A stretch of DNA of 64,000 nt from an uncultured Spirochaetota bacterium (GTDB lineage Bacteria; Spirochaetota; Spirochaetia; SZUA-6; Fen-1364), in the NCBI GenBank assembly GCA_963845535.1, contig CAWJSK010000015.1, positions 1 to 64,000 on the forward strand. The letters run 5' to 3'. Positions 51,380 to 59,937 of this stretch are shown here, piece by piece. Position 1 is the first letter of the stretch. Every line of letters begins with the position of its first letter. The notes beneath the pieces were generated by a model. That model was not told the origin of the DNA. It saw only the letters and a list, made by a program, of their open reading frames with translations, and did not search any database. The translations under genes were made by a program, and so were the position numbers.

Positions 51380-51743
51380 AGCGGAAGTATAGGCGGGGAA
51401 GCGGCACGTCGCAAGCCGAGAATGCAGCTGCTGCCTCATGGTGACAAAACCCCCGCCGCCCCCGTGTTGCGGTCCTTCTCGCTCTCCGCGCAGCTTCGAA
51501 CCTTAGAAAGAAGTCGGTCCTATTTGTCTCTCTCGGCCCAGTGGCCCGGCAATACTTTCCAGAGGCTGTACGCGGCCGCCGAGAACGCCTGATGAAACGG
51601 CGGCAGGAACTACCTCGAGCTGCAGGACGCCCAGAACAAGCTCAGTAGCAAGCCGAATAGGCCCCAGTACGATTGACATCGCGTGATTTGGATTGATACC
51701 TTTACTCCGTTGTAGAGGGGATGGTTCGGGTCCGTCTTTGTCT

Positions 51744-51817
51744 GCGTCTATAGCTCAGCTGGATAGAGCAACAGCCTTCTAAGCTGTGGGTCGCCCGTTC
51801 GAATCGGGCTAGACGCA
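51744..51817 (+). tRNA. tRNA-Arg (TCT)
   Basis: Acceptor GCGTCTA/TAGACGC, anticodon arm ACAGC-CTTCTAA-GCTGT, TTCGAAT T-loop. Confidence 0.96.
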
Positions 51818-51849
51818 CTTAAGTATTTAGATATAATAAAAAGAATTAG

Positions 51850-52010
51850 AAGGGCGGAGCGAAATCCGGCGAGCTCCCGCGCTACTACAGCCACAGCCTG
51901 TTTGTTGGTCTTACCCTGAGCACGATTTTGAAGTACTTCTTGACGGGCTTCCAACAGTCTTGTTCCAGCGCAGAGAGTTACGGGATTGGCTGACCGGTTC
52001 CTCCAGTCCT
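51850..52010 (-). pseudogene. IS110-family transposase C-terminal remnant
   Basis: Minus-strand translation QGKTNKQAVAVVARELAGF resembles the IS110 C-terminal GK..AV.AVARELAGFIWA motif. Confidence 0.6.
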
Positions 52011-52053
52011 CCGCCCACACCATCCCCCAACCTTCTCCTCCGGCAGCGCCACC

Positions 52054-52080
52054 TGTCACATTGTCCTGACCTTGCGCGTC
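52054..52080 (+). promoter_or_regulatory. ECF41-type promoter
   Basis: TGTCACA-N16-CGTC, the ECF41 consensus, upstream of the VOC + ECF41 sigma operon. Confidence 0.85.
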
Positions 52081-52131
52081 ATAAGAGTGAGGGCAACGAG
52101 TGAATGAAAGTCGCCCGACGATGGAGGTACC

Positions 52132-52515
52132 ATGACCCAAATGATGAGGGTGGTATATATACACCAGTTTGTAAGCAGCCAAGACAAGGCGCTCGATTTC
52201 TACACAAGAGCGCTTGGCTTCGAGAAGCGCACTGACAGCCCGACACCCGACGGACCGTGATTCCTCACCGTCGCGGCCAAAGGCCAGGACTTTGAGCTTG
52301 TACTCTGGACGGGGAAGCCTGGGGAGGCTCAGCCGGTCTTCGGCCGCATCCCCACGTCGGTCACAATCGAGACCCCGGATTGCCGAAGGACGTTCGAAGA
52401 GCTGAAATCGCGCGGCGTGAGTTTTGAGACGGAGGTGCTTGAGATGCCTTTTGGCTGGGTTGCGGTGTTTTTAGATCCGGACGGCAATCGGTTGCAGTTG
52501 CGGCAAGGCCGCTAG
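52132..52515 (+). pseudogene. VOC/glyoxalase-family gene with in-frame TGA at 52258-52260
   Basis: GGAGG RBS; VSSQDKALDFYTRALGFE..GP*FLTV..ELKSRGV..MPFG..FLDPDGNRLQL; not in the ORF track. Confidence 0.85.
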
Positions 52516-52547
52516 GCCGCTGGGGTGCGCCCAAGGGAAGGCGGGTT

Positions 52548-53453
52548 GTGCAAGGATTTGACGACGAATGGCTTGCGAAGCGTTTTCAAGAGCAAAGGCC
52601 CAGGCTGAAGTCCGTGGCCCAGAGGATGCTAGGATCATCGGCCGAGGCAGAGGACGCCGTACAGGAGGCCTGGTTGAGGCTGTCGAGGGCCGACTCGTCT
52701 TCCATCGACAACCTGGGAGCCTGGCTCACTACAGTGGTGGCAAGGGTGAGTCTGGACCAGCTGAGGCGTCGCAAAGTCAGGGGGGAAGAAGAACAACTGG
52801 ATGAGGAGGCTCTGGTTCCGGCAGCTTTGGAGAACTCCGTGGAGCCGGACCACGAGCTTCTCCTCGCCGAGTCGGTGGAGCAGGCCATGATCTTGGTGTT
52901 GGACCGCCTGGCCCCGGCCGAACGGGTAGCCTATGTTCTTCATGACCTTTTTGACCTCCCCTTTGGCGACATCGCGAGCATTTTGGAACGCAGCGAAGAG
53001 AGCGCCCGCCAGCTGGCCAGCCGCGCACGGAGGCGCGTGAGGATCGCCAGGGAAAGCGGCCAGGTCCACAATCGCAACAACAGGCAGGTCGTCGAGGCAT
53101 TCCTGGCCGCTTCGCGCCTGGGTGACTTTTCGGCGTTGCTGAGATTGCTGGATCCTCAGGTGGTTCTGAAGGCCGATGCCATCGCCGTTCAGATCGCTGC
53201 ATCAAATCGGGCCAAAGGCGCACCTTTGTTTGAGCCTGAAGTGAAAGGACCAGAGCACGTTGCGAAGGCCTTTAGCGGAAGGGCCCGGGGAGCGCGCTTG
53301 GCGATGGTGGCCGGTGAAGTCGGCGCGGTCTGGTTTGACGAAGTTGTGCGGGCGGTTTTCATCTATAAGGTTAAGACAGGCCTGGTCCAGGAAATCGAAA
53401 TAGTGATGGAACCGGGCCGATTGCAGGCCATGAGCATCAGCTTGTTGGAATAG
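52548..53453 (+). CDS. ECF41/SigJ-like RNA polymerase sigma factor with SnoaL-like extension
   Basis: AQRMLGS.AEAEDAVQEAWLR, WLTTVVAR, L.PAERVAYVLHDLF, RQLASRARRR, VVEAFLAA..GD. Confidence 0.92.
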   Translation: MQGFDDEWLAKRFQEQRPRLKSVAQRMLGSSAEAEDAVQEAWLRLSRADSSSIDNLGAWLTTVVARVSLDQLRRRKVRGEEEQLDEEALVPAALENSVEPDHELLLAESVEQAMILVLDRLAPAERVAYVLHDLFDLPFGDIASILERSEESARQLASRARRRVRIARESGQVHNRNNRQVVEAFLAASRLGDFSALLRLLDPQVVLKADAIAVQIAASNRAKGAPLFEPEVKGPEHVAKAFSGRARGARLAMVAGEVGAVWFDEVVRAVFIYKVKTGLVQEIEIVMEPGRLQAMSISLLE

Positions 53454-53500
53454 CCCGCTCTGGAGCCGTCTCGCTTCATAGGAGGACCACTTTCAGAATC

Positions 53501-53542
53501 CCTTCCAAGCTGTGGGTCGCCCGCTCGAATCGGGCTGGACGC
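53501..53542 (+). repeat. Partial tRNA-Arg 3' duplicate (attR-like)
   Basis: ccttccaagctgtgggtcgcccgctcgaatcgggctggacgc vs ccttctaagctgtgggtcgcccgttcgaatcgggctagacgc. Confidence 0.9.
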
Positions 53543-53553
53543 GGCGGGGTGGC

Positions 53554-54759
53554 TCAGCCAGCCGTCGCCTCGCGCGCGAGCATTTTCCTCGTCCCGAAGA
53601 AAAAGGGAAGAGACGCGAGCTGGGCAGCGAGCGAAAAGATCACGAGACCAAGGCGGGACGTGTCGTAGAGCAACCCCATCGCCCAGCTTCCAAGGAACCA
53701 GAAGGCGCCGAAGCCAGAATAGAAGACCCCGAAAGCCGTGCCTCGCTTTTCCTTTGACACCATGGTCGACACGGCCGATTTAAGGACCGACTCCTGCGCA
53801 CCCATACCGAGTCCCCACAGCATCACTCCCGCGACAACGAAGACTGGCTCGCGGAAGAGAAAGACAAGGGGGGCGAAGAATGCGGAGATGGTCGAGGCCA
53901 CGATGATAGCTGCCATTCCTCTCCTGTCGAACATCCTGCCGAAGACGAACGCGGAAAGAGCATCGACACCCATAGCAACCGAGTAGAGGATGGGGACGAG
54001 ATTGTCGGGGAGAATCCGCTGTTTGGCCACGTGATAAGCCATGAGGGGGAAGTCCGCGAAGCCCGCTGCCAGGAAGGCGATGCCGACGAGGTAGAGCCAG
54101 TACGCCCCACTCATGCCGTTCTTCGGCCGTGGCGGCGATGAGGTCTCAAGCTCGTGTGGACGCGGATAGCGGATCTTCGCCGCGACGAGGAGTGCTATAA
54201 CAATCAAACCAGGAATTCCAAGCAGGAGAAAGCCGAGGGAATAGGCCGACAGCTTGTCCGTGGTGCCTTTCAACGTGAGCACGGCGAAGAGCATGATCGG
54301 CCCAATGAACGCGCCGAATTGGTCCATGACCTGTTGAAGGGCGAATCCCTTGCCCGCCCCGACCTCGTTTGCGGCAAACGACGTGAGCGTGTTCTTGGCG
54401 GGATGCCTGACGGCTTTGCCGAAACGCTCTACAACGATGATGCCGCACGCGAAGACCCAGCCGTATCTCGGAGCCAGAGCGAGAGCAGGAACGGCGAACA
54501 GGTTGATGCTGTAGCCGAGAATGGTCATGAACCAGTATCGATGCGTCTTGTCGCTGATGAGTCCCGTGGCAAGGCGAAGCGCGTATCCGATAAGCTCGCC
54601 GAGACCCGAAACAAACCCGACCGTAGCGGCCGAGGCTCCGAGAAGCAGCAAAAACGGTCCGAGAATGCTTCGGGCGCCTTCGTAGCTCAGGTCGGAGAAC
54701 AGACTGATCACGCCGAGCAGCACCAGAAAGGCGTAGGCCGACTTGCGGTTGTCATTCAT
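53554..54759 (-). CDS. MFS transporter
   Basis: About 12 TMs; SLFSDLSYEGARS, ERFGKAVRHP, GRMFDRRG, RGTAFGVF. Confidence 0.9.
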   Translation of the reverse strand: MNDNRKSAYAFLVLLGVISLFSDLSYEGARSILGPFLLLLGASAATVGFVSGLGELIGYALRLATGLISDKTHRYWFMTILGYSINLFAVPALALAPRYGWVFACGIIVVERFGKAVRHPAKNTLTSFAANEVGAGKGFALQQVMDQFGAFIGPIMLFAVLTLKGTTDKLSAYSLGFLLLGIPGLIVIALLVAAKIRYPRPHELETSSPPRPKNGMSGAYWLYLVGIAFLAAGFADFPLMAYHVAKQRILPDNLVPILYSVAMGVDALSAFVFGRMFDRRGMAAIIVASTISAFFAPLVFLFREPVFVVAGVMLWGLGMGAQESVLKSAVSTMVSKEKRGTAFGVFYSGFGAFWFLGSWAMGLLYDTSRLGLVIFSLAAQLASLPFFFGTRKMLAREATAG

Positions 54760-54970
54760 TTTCAAGCAGCCTACCGAATCTCGCGACTTTGTTGAATATC
54801 GGGTGATCGCTCGAACCATCCTTTTCGGGTCGAGAACCCGCTTGCCGTGCCGATAGCAGAAGGGGCCAGAAAACCGCGAGCCCTACGGAGTGATTCCCAA
54901 CGACGACAATCCGTTCATCACCGAAAGTTCCGGAAGACTTGAAAAAGGACGCACAATGCCTCGCGATGAC

Positions 54971-54999
54971 TTGACATTATTGGCATATGCTCATAATAT
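54971..54999 (+). promoter_or_regulatory. sigma-70 promoter with overlapping palindromic operator (probably DUF134 autoregulation)
   Basis: TTGACA-N17-TAATAT; near-palindrome TTATTGGCATATGCTCATAA at 54977-54996. Confidence 0.7.
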
Positions 55000-55032
55000 G
55001 ACGCTGATGACTGACCCAGATGAGGTGCTTTC

Positions 55033-55731
55033 ACGCCGCGTCCCCTGAACGAACGCCGGGTCGGCTGCCGCGTGCCCGCGCGCGCCTTCAAGCCGGCAGG
55101 CGTGCCGGGGCGCGCTCTGGAGGAAGTGGTCCTCAGCCTGGACGAGGCGGAATCCATCCGCCTCGCGGACCTCGAAGGCCTCTATCAGGAGGCGGCGGCC
55201 CTGCGGATGGCCGTTTCGCGCCAGACCTTCGGACGCATCGTGGAATCGGCGCGGCGCAAGGTGGCAGACGCCATTATTAATGGGAAGCTCCTCCGCATCG
55301 AAGGCGGAGAAGTGGTCATACATGAGGAAGGAGATAAACTGATGAAGGTCGCGGTCCCCGCTCGGGAAGGTCAAGTGGATGAGCATTTCGGACACTGTGA
55401 GCATTTCATGGTGTATGCCCTCGATGAAGGTCGACACATTGCTTCCGAAGAGAGTGTTGATTCGCCCGAGGGATGCGGCTGCAAGTCGGATATTGCAGGG
55501 ATCCTTGCGCGGATGGGCGTCACCCACATGGTGGCAGGAGGCATGGGGGAGGGCGCTGTCCGCGTCATGCAGGCGCACGGCATACAGGTGGTCCGGGGCG
55601 CAAGCGGCGGCACACGTGCGGCCGTGGAACGGCTTGGCGCGGGAGCCTTGGCTGACTCAGGCACGACATGCGCCGGGCACGAAGGCCAGCATGGCCATGC
55701 CCATGATCACGGCAAGGACTGCCATCATTGA
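55033..55731 (+). CDS. DUF134 DNA-binding domain fused to NifB/NifX-like domain, His-rich tail; apparent ACG start
   Basis: (M)PRP..RRV..FKPAG, DEAESIRLADLEGLYQE.AA..M.VSRQTF; MKVAVP..HFGHC..GGMG.GA; ends HGHAHDHGKDCHH. Confidence 0.88.
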   Translation, partial: TPRPLNERRVGCRVPARAFKPAGVPGRALEEVVLSLDEAESIRLADLEGLYQEAAALRMAVSRQTFGRIVESARRKVADAIINGKLLRIEGGEVVIHEEGDKLMKVAVPAREGQVDEHFGHCEHFMVYALDEGRHIASEESVDSPEGCGCKSDIAGILARMGVTHMVAGGMGEGAVRVMQAHGIQVVRGASGGTRAAVERLGAGALADSGTTCAGHEGQHGHAHDHGKDCHH

Positions 55732-55859
55732 TCAGGGAAGTCGACCCTTCTCGCCCTGGGCCCTCCGAACGCGGTTGCCCCGGGTGCCAGGAAGGCGAGA
55801 AAAAGATTGAGCAGCAGTTGGTTCCGGGGCGTCCAGCCTGCGCGGTGTCGCTTTATCCT

Positions 55860-57083
55860 TTAGAACATCGGTGTTGGCACGTCGCCCCATCCCGTCCCTC
55901 CCGGCGTATCCTCGACCTGAAGAACCTCATTCGAGTGGAGGTGAATGTCGACAAAAAAGCTCGGGACGCGAACGTCGTTGATTCCGAAATCTGCCGCGGC
56001 AGACGGAATCTGCTGATTGCCCCGCACCTCGATGAAAATGATCCGCCGCATCATTGCCGGGCTGTCGTGCGTCATCGGACCCATGTGGCTCATGTGGCCG
56101 CCCCCCTGCAGATGGCCCATGGGATTGATGACGTAGTCAGTGATCATGGGGAGGGTTTGATGACGCTGGAAGAGCATCCAGTCAGGTCCCGTGTTGGCAA
56201 TCATCCCCTGCATCACGTAGTTGACCGGGACGACATACGCCAGGGTGCGCGCACCCTGATTCGCCTGCATGGTGCGTAAACGCTCAGCGACACGCGAATC
56301 GCTCTCAGCACTCTGAAGAAGACTGTTGGCCATCGGCACGTCGTCGGGAAGGATGCTGATCACATCAACTCCGTCGACTGTTTCCAAGGGCAGATGGGCA
56401 ACCGTGTACGCCCGCAAGCCAAAGCCGACCGCCGCGACTCCTCCGACGAGCACAACAAGCAGAACAACAGCGTTCAGCAGCCGTAGCGGCCGCGCCGCCG
56501 CCCGCCGTTGGTTCAGGCGCGGGAAGAACGTGCCTGTTCGCTCCCGGTATTCCTGATAGGACTCACCGTAGCGTCGGAGCATGCGCTGCTCCTCGTCCTT
56601 TGCCAGGAGGTAGTAAAGGAACATCATTATCCCGAGAAATATCAGCGTCAGGAAACGAGGCCACAGGATGGCAAGTCCTGCTCCCGCCATGACCAATCCC
56701 GTGTATTGAGGATGGCGCATGAGAGCATAGAATCCGCGGCTGGCTACGCCCCATTTCAGCATCTTGCCCAAGTATACCTGCGCTGCGCAGATGAGAAAGA
56801 TGAGGGTCCCTACGATGAACAGAATGGACCCCAGAACCCGCAATCCGACCAGAAGGGGTGTCGGCGGGACGATCATGTGAGGGAGGAAGAACGCCGTGAG
56901 CCAGCGAGTCCCTCCCCATTTGTTCAACCCTAAAAGGATGGGATTGAAGACGGAATAGAAGAAGAACGCAAACGGGCTGATCATGATGACGATTTCCAGC
57001 GCAGCGATGAAGTACACGAGAGCCACGCCGCCGACCAGATAGCCTCGTCCGCGTCCCTTTTCAGCATTTTGATTCTGAATCAT
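55860..57083 (-). CDS. Isoprenylcysteine carboxylmethyltransferase/PEMT-like membrane protein with C-terminal extension
   Basis: GFYALMRHPQYTG, EEQRM..YGESYQEYRERT..FFP. Confidence 0.8.
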   Translation of the reverse strand: MIQNQNAEKGRGRGYLVGGVALVYFIAALEIVIMISPFAFFFYSVFNPILLGLNKWGGTRWLTAFFLPHMIVPPTPLLVGLRVLGSILFIVGTLIFLICAAQVYLGKMLKWGVASRGFYALMRHPQYTGLVMAGAGLAILWPRFLTLIFLGIMMFLYYLLAKDEEQRMLRRYGESYQEYRERTGTFFPRLNQRRAAARPLRLLNAVVLLVVLVGGVAAVGFGLRAYTVAHLPLETVDGVDVISILPDDVPMANSLLQSAESDSRVAERLRTMQANQGARTLAYVVPVNYVMQGMIANTGPDWMLFQRHQTLPMITDYVINPMGHLQGGGHMSHMGPMTHDSPAMMRRIIFIEVRGNQQIPSAAADFGINDVRVPSFFVDIHLHSNEVLQVEDTPGGTGWGDVPTPMF

Positions 57084-57571
57084 TGTTTCCCTCCGCTTGG
57101 CATTTCATGGGGAAGGCGCCGCCTCCTGACTCCCACGGATGGCCCGCTGTTGACCAGCGTCTCCAGAAGCCATGCCCTCCCGCCGTTGTGCGTGCCCGCC
57201 AGCCGTGCATCCCAATCCTCAAGCATGGCGCGCAGGTCGTCGCGCAGACTCCGAAGGGCGCGGATGCGACTCTCCAGCTCTTCCAGTTTTTTCGCCGCGA
57301 GCGCGCGCACTTGCTTGCAGGGAGCGCCGCCTTGGTCCCGAACTTTGAGGAACCTGGCCAGCTCGTCCAGCGCGAACCCGACCGAAAGAGCATGCTGCAC
57401 GAGCATCACCCGAGGTAGCGCGTCCGGCGGGTATTCGCGGTAGCCGTTTGAAGCCCGCCGTGAGGTAAGCAGGCCCTTGCGTTCGTAATGGCGCAGGGTG
57501 TCCGTGCTGAGCCCCGCCAGCCTGGCCAACTCGCCCGAACGCAACGGACCGCTTTTTATTGGATCACCCAT
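57080..57571 (-). CDS. MerR-family regulator
   Basis: GELARLAGLSTDTLRHYERKGLL..NGYREY, GFALDEL. Confidence 0.92.
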   Translation of the reverse strand: MGDPIKSGPLRSGELARLAGLSTDTLRHYERKGLLTSRRASNGYREYPPDALPRVMLVQHALSVGFALDELARFLKVRDQGGAPCKQVRALAAKKLEELESRIRALRSLRDDLRAMLEDWDARLAGTHNGGRAWLLETLVNSGPSVGVRRRRLPHEMPSGGKQ

Positions 57572-57577
57572 GATGGG

Positions 57578-57609
57578 AATATAAACCCTGGAACGAATTC
57601 CAGGGTCAA
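57578..57609 (-). promoter_or_regulatory. MerR-type long-spacer promoter with operator
   Basis: TTGACC-N20-TATATT; palindrome ACCCTGGAA-CGAA-TTCCAGGGT at 57585-57606. Confidence 0.85.
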
Positions 57610-57707
57610 GAAGTCTCTTGCGCTGTACTTCGCGATCATGTTCATGATAACGTTTCCAAAGTGCCGGCTGCTAGGAGGTAGATATTAATGCCACTCTCGT
57701 TGAGCGA

Positions 57708-58052
57708 ATGGAACGCACAGTGATCAAGACCATGATCCAGGCCGGCATTTGCGGCTTCACGACCACAGTGAGAGCCCGTTCGGAAAATCTGCAGAACGTG
57801 ACCCTTGAAATGGAGAGCACCTGCGATAAGATTCGCATGCTTGCCGCTGCGCTGAAAGAGCCCGTTGATGCATATCAGGAGATCGGCGATGGTTTCGACG
57901 GTGTGATCCTGCGGACAGTCCGCACGCACCTCAAAGGCTGCTGCGCTGGCTGCGTGGTGCCCAGCGGAATCTTCAAGACAGTTCAGGTTGCGGGGGGCGT
58001 CGCACTCCCCGCGTCTATCTCTTTCATAATTGAAAAGACGGAGAATGATTGA
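57708..58052 (+). CDS. Cys-rich hypothetical protein (DUF6951-like)
   Basis: AGICGFTT.VRA, ESTC, CCAGCVVPSGIFK.VQVAGGVALP. Confidence 0.7.
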   Translation: MERTVIKTMIQAGICGFTTTVRARSENLQNVTLEMESTCDKIRMLAAALKEPVDAYQEIGDGFDGVILRTVRTHLKGCCAGCVVPSGIFKTVQVAGGVALPASISFIIEKTEND

Positions 58053-58243
58053 GGCGATCGTGAGAGCGCAACGAATTTCGCCGAGCCCATTTTAGATCAG
58101 CCAGAGCAATCCATAGCCAACAGGTGTGGGAGAGGGCTGAGCACCCTCCTCGGGCCGCAAGGCCATGCCGGAATCCTGAGGGGGGGCCAAATTGGCGAAA
58201 CCCGCGGGACAACGGGGCAGGGTCTGCCAGCTCCTCGGTGCTC

Positions 58244-58609
58244 TCAGATGGTGCGTCTTCGCCCTGCCGGGACAGCACTGACCATCCCATTCAAAGCCCG
58301 ACGCTGCTTCTCGAATTTGTTGCGAACGACCCGCTCCACGCCCTCTGTCACCGCTTTGTAGCAATCGCAGGAAAGCCGGTAGTACGTCGAGGTGCCTTCC
58401 TTGCGATCCTCTTCAATTACCCCGGCAGCCTTGAGAATGGACAGGTGTTTAGAGACAGTCGATCCATCGGCGCCCACCATTTCCGTGAGTTCACAGACAC
58501 AATAGGGTTTTTCCTCGAGCTTCTCTACCATGAACAGCCGGCTCGGGTGGGCGAGCGCCTTCAATACCTCTGCCCGCGATCTAGCTCGCAGCTTTTCGTT
58601 TTCGGTCAT
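58244..58609 (-). CDS. ArsR/SmtB family repressor
   Basis: KALAHPSRL, CVCEL, STVSKHLSILK.AG, YYRL.CDC; AAGGAG RBS. Confidence 0.92.
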   Translation of the reverse strand: MTENEKLRARSRAEVLKALAHPSRLFMVEKLEEKPYCVCELTEMVGADGSTVSKHLSILKAAGVIEEDRKEGTSTYYRLSCDCYKAVTEGVERVVRNKFEKQRRALNGMVSAVPAGRRRTI

Positions 58610-58611
58610 TC

Positions 58612-58654
58612 TTGGCTCCTTGGCAATATTATCATGAATTGTTCTCGGGGTCAA
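58612..58654 (-). promoter_or_regulatory. Promoter/operator of arsR-like gene
   Basis: TTGACC-N17-TAATAT overlapping TTGGC-N4-TGGCAATATTATCA; a near-identical site lies at 60192-60233. Confidence 0.75.
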
Positions 58655-58740
58655 TGGGCGCCGCAGCACGTGTCAAGGCGCCGCCGCACGTCACACCACA
58701 AGAACATGTGCGCTGCGGCCGAGCCGCAACGCATGACCGC

Positions 58741-59091
58741 CTACGCTTTCGCGAACTCGTCTGCCGCTTTCAAGAGCGGAGTCAGATACATGAGGGCAGG
58801 ACCACCGTGCATCACCACCGCCATGAATCCGGCGGAAATTATCTGGGCCCGCGTCGCCCCGGCTTCCACCGCGTTCCTGACGTGGAACGCGATGCACCAT
58901 TCGCACTGGGCCCCGACAGAGAGACCGACGTTGATCAGCTCTTTCGTTCGCACGTCCAGCCCCTCTCCATCGGTGGCCTTCTGCAGAAAGTTCAGGAAGG
59001 CTCCCGTCTCGCTTGGAAACTCCTTTCTCAGTTTCCCCACCAGAACATTAACCTCATTGAGCCTCTCGCTCATCGTCACATCGCCGTTCAT
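58741..59091 (-). CDS. Carboxymuconolactone decarboxylase/AhpD-family protein
   Basis: LDVRTKELI..CEWCIAFH..A.EAGAT..GGPA. Confidence 0.9.
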   Translation of the reverse strand: MNGDVTMSERLNEVNVLVGKLRKEFPSETGAFLNFLQKATDGEGLDVRTKELINVGLSVGAQCEWCIAFHVRNAVEAGATRAQIISAGFMAVVMHGGPALMYLTPLLKAADEFAKA

Positions 59092-59138
59092 ATGATACCT
59101 CCGTTCGTCTTTGTTCTTCCGGCCCTCGATGAGACCTG

Positions 59139-59468
59139 CTACGCAAGGCGAGTCAACCGACCCTCGCGTGCCGCCTCGACCAGCTCAAGAACCGACCCGT
59201 TCTCCGCGGTGAAGAGAATAATCCCCGCCACAGCAAGTCGATTTCGCGCTTCCCCCGAAAGTTTTCCAGTGACAAGCGCTCCGGCTCCCTGGCGAACCAG
59301 CCACGCCACTCGTGCAGCGCCCAGGGGGTCGGGCCAGGAAGCGCCGTCCTGCCCCCACGATTCGAAGCGTCCCTCCTCGCTCACCAGAACAAGCTGGCGG
59401 CTTTCTTCGAAAATGGGGTCCAGCCACGCTCCCAGACCCGAGCCTTTTGCCGTGACCGCAATCTTCAT
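59139..59468 (-). CDS. NifB/NifX-like (FeMo-cofactor-binding family) protein
   Basis: MKIAVTAKG..LDP.F, ALVTGK.S..A..L..AGI, G.L C-terminus. Confidence 0.72.
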   Translation of the reverse strand: MKIAVTAKGSGLGAWLDPIFEESRQLVLVSEEGRFESWGQDGASWPDPLGAARVAWLVRQGAGALVTGKLSGEARNRLAVAGIILFTAENGSVLELVEAAREGRLTRLA

Positions 59469-59555
59469 ATCGCGCACCCGTCCTTTCACCCTGGCTGACA
59501 AGCGGCGCGACGAACCACGCGGTTTCCCGACGACACCGCGGCGCCGCTGTTGACC

Positions 59556-59936
59556 CTACTCTCCCTTCGCGCTTTCCATCTTGGGCGCCTCAACCATCTT
59601 TTTAATGGCATCAGCCGCCTGAGAGGTATCCATATTTCGTATGTCCACCCCGTGAATGTTCTCCTTGCGGAATTCCGCGGACTCCAGCGCGTCACGGAAC
59701 ATCTTTACCTGCATCGTCGGATCACAAGCGGCGACGTACAGCTCATCTGTGGATTTCCCCTTGAGCAGCGTTGAGAGGAAGCGATCTCCATCGGTGGCGC
59801 ACAACTGGGGATGAATTGCGATGTAGTCCACCAGTTTCTCACGCCGAATCGAATTGCCCACGTCGAAAATGTTCATCTTCTGGAACGATGGGCAGTTGCC
59901 TTGACACACGCACAACAGAAGCCCTTTATTTGCCAT
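59556..59936 (-). CDS. Stand-alone HdrA N-terminal-like protein
   Basis: LLCVCQGNC, HPQLC..DG, VAACDP, VDIRN match the HdrA N-terminal thioredoxin-like module. Confidence 0.75.
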   Translation of the reverse strand: MANKGLLLCVCQGNCPSFQKMNIFDVGNSIRREKLVDYIAIHPQLCATDGDRFLSTLLKGKSTDELYVAACDPTMQVKMFRDALESAEFRKENIHGVDIRNMDTSQAADAIKKMVEAPKMESAKGE

Positions 59937-59937
59937 G

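Larger units (their letters stand above)
51775..53542. mobile_element. Decayed genomic islet integrated at tRNA-Arg, bounded by att-like repeats
   Basis: tRNA 3' 42 bp (51775-51816) repeated at 53501-53542 with 3 mismatches; no integrase inside. Confidence 0.8.

Noticed and set aside
52258..52260. In-frame TGA as selenocysteine or recoding
   Set aside because: Context GP*FLTV fits Arg (CGA), not Cys; TGA serves as a normal stop throughout the window; no SECIS-like hairpin recognised
53501..53542. Third tRNA gene
   Set aside because: Only the 3' half is present; no D arm or 5' acceptor strand; treated as an att repeat
54883..54925. Fluoride riboswitch (GGTGATG start)
   Set aside because: Lacks the complementary TCACC/TCGCC stem and the CTAATGAC..CTAC pseudoknot segment
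58053..58243. Structured RNA between the DUF6951-like gene and arsR (GGCC-GCAA-GGCC tetraloop)
   Set aside because: Isolated short hairpins are expected in GC-rich DNA; no promoter, terminator or known consensus
55345..59468. Nitrogen fixation or methanogen-type Hdr pathway
   Set aside because: NifB/NifX-like domains are widespread outside diazotrophs; no nifHDK, hdrBC or full-length hdrA in the window
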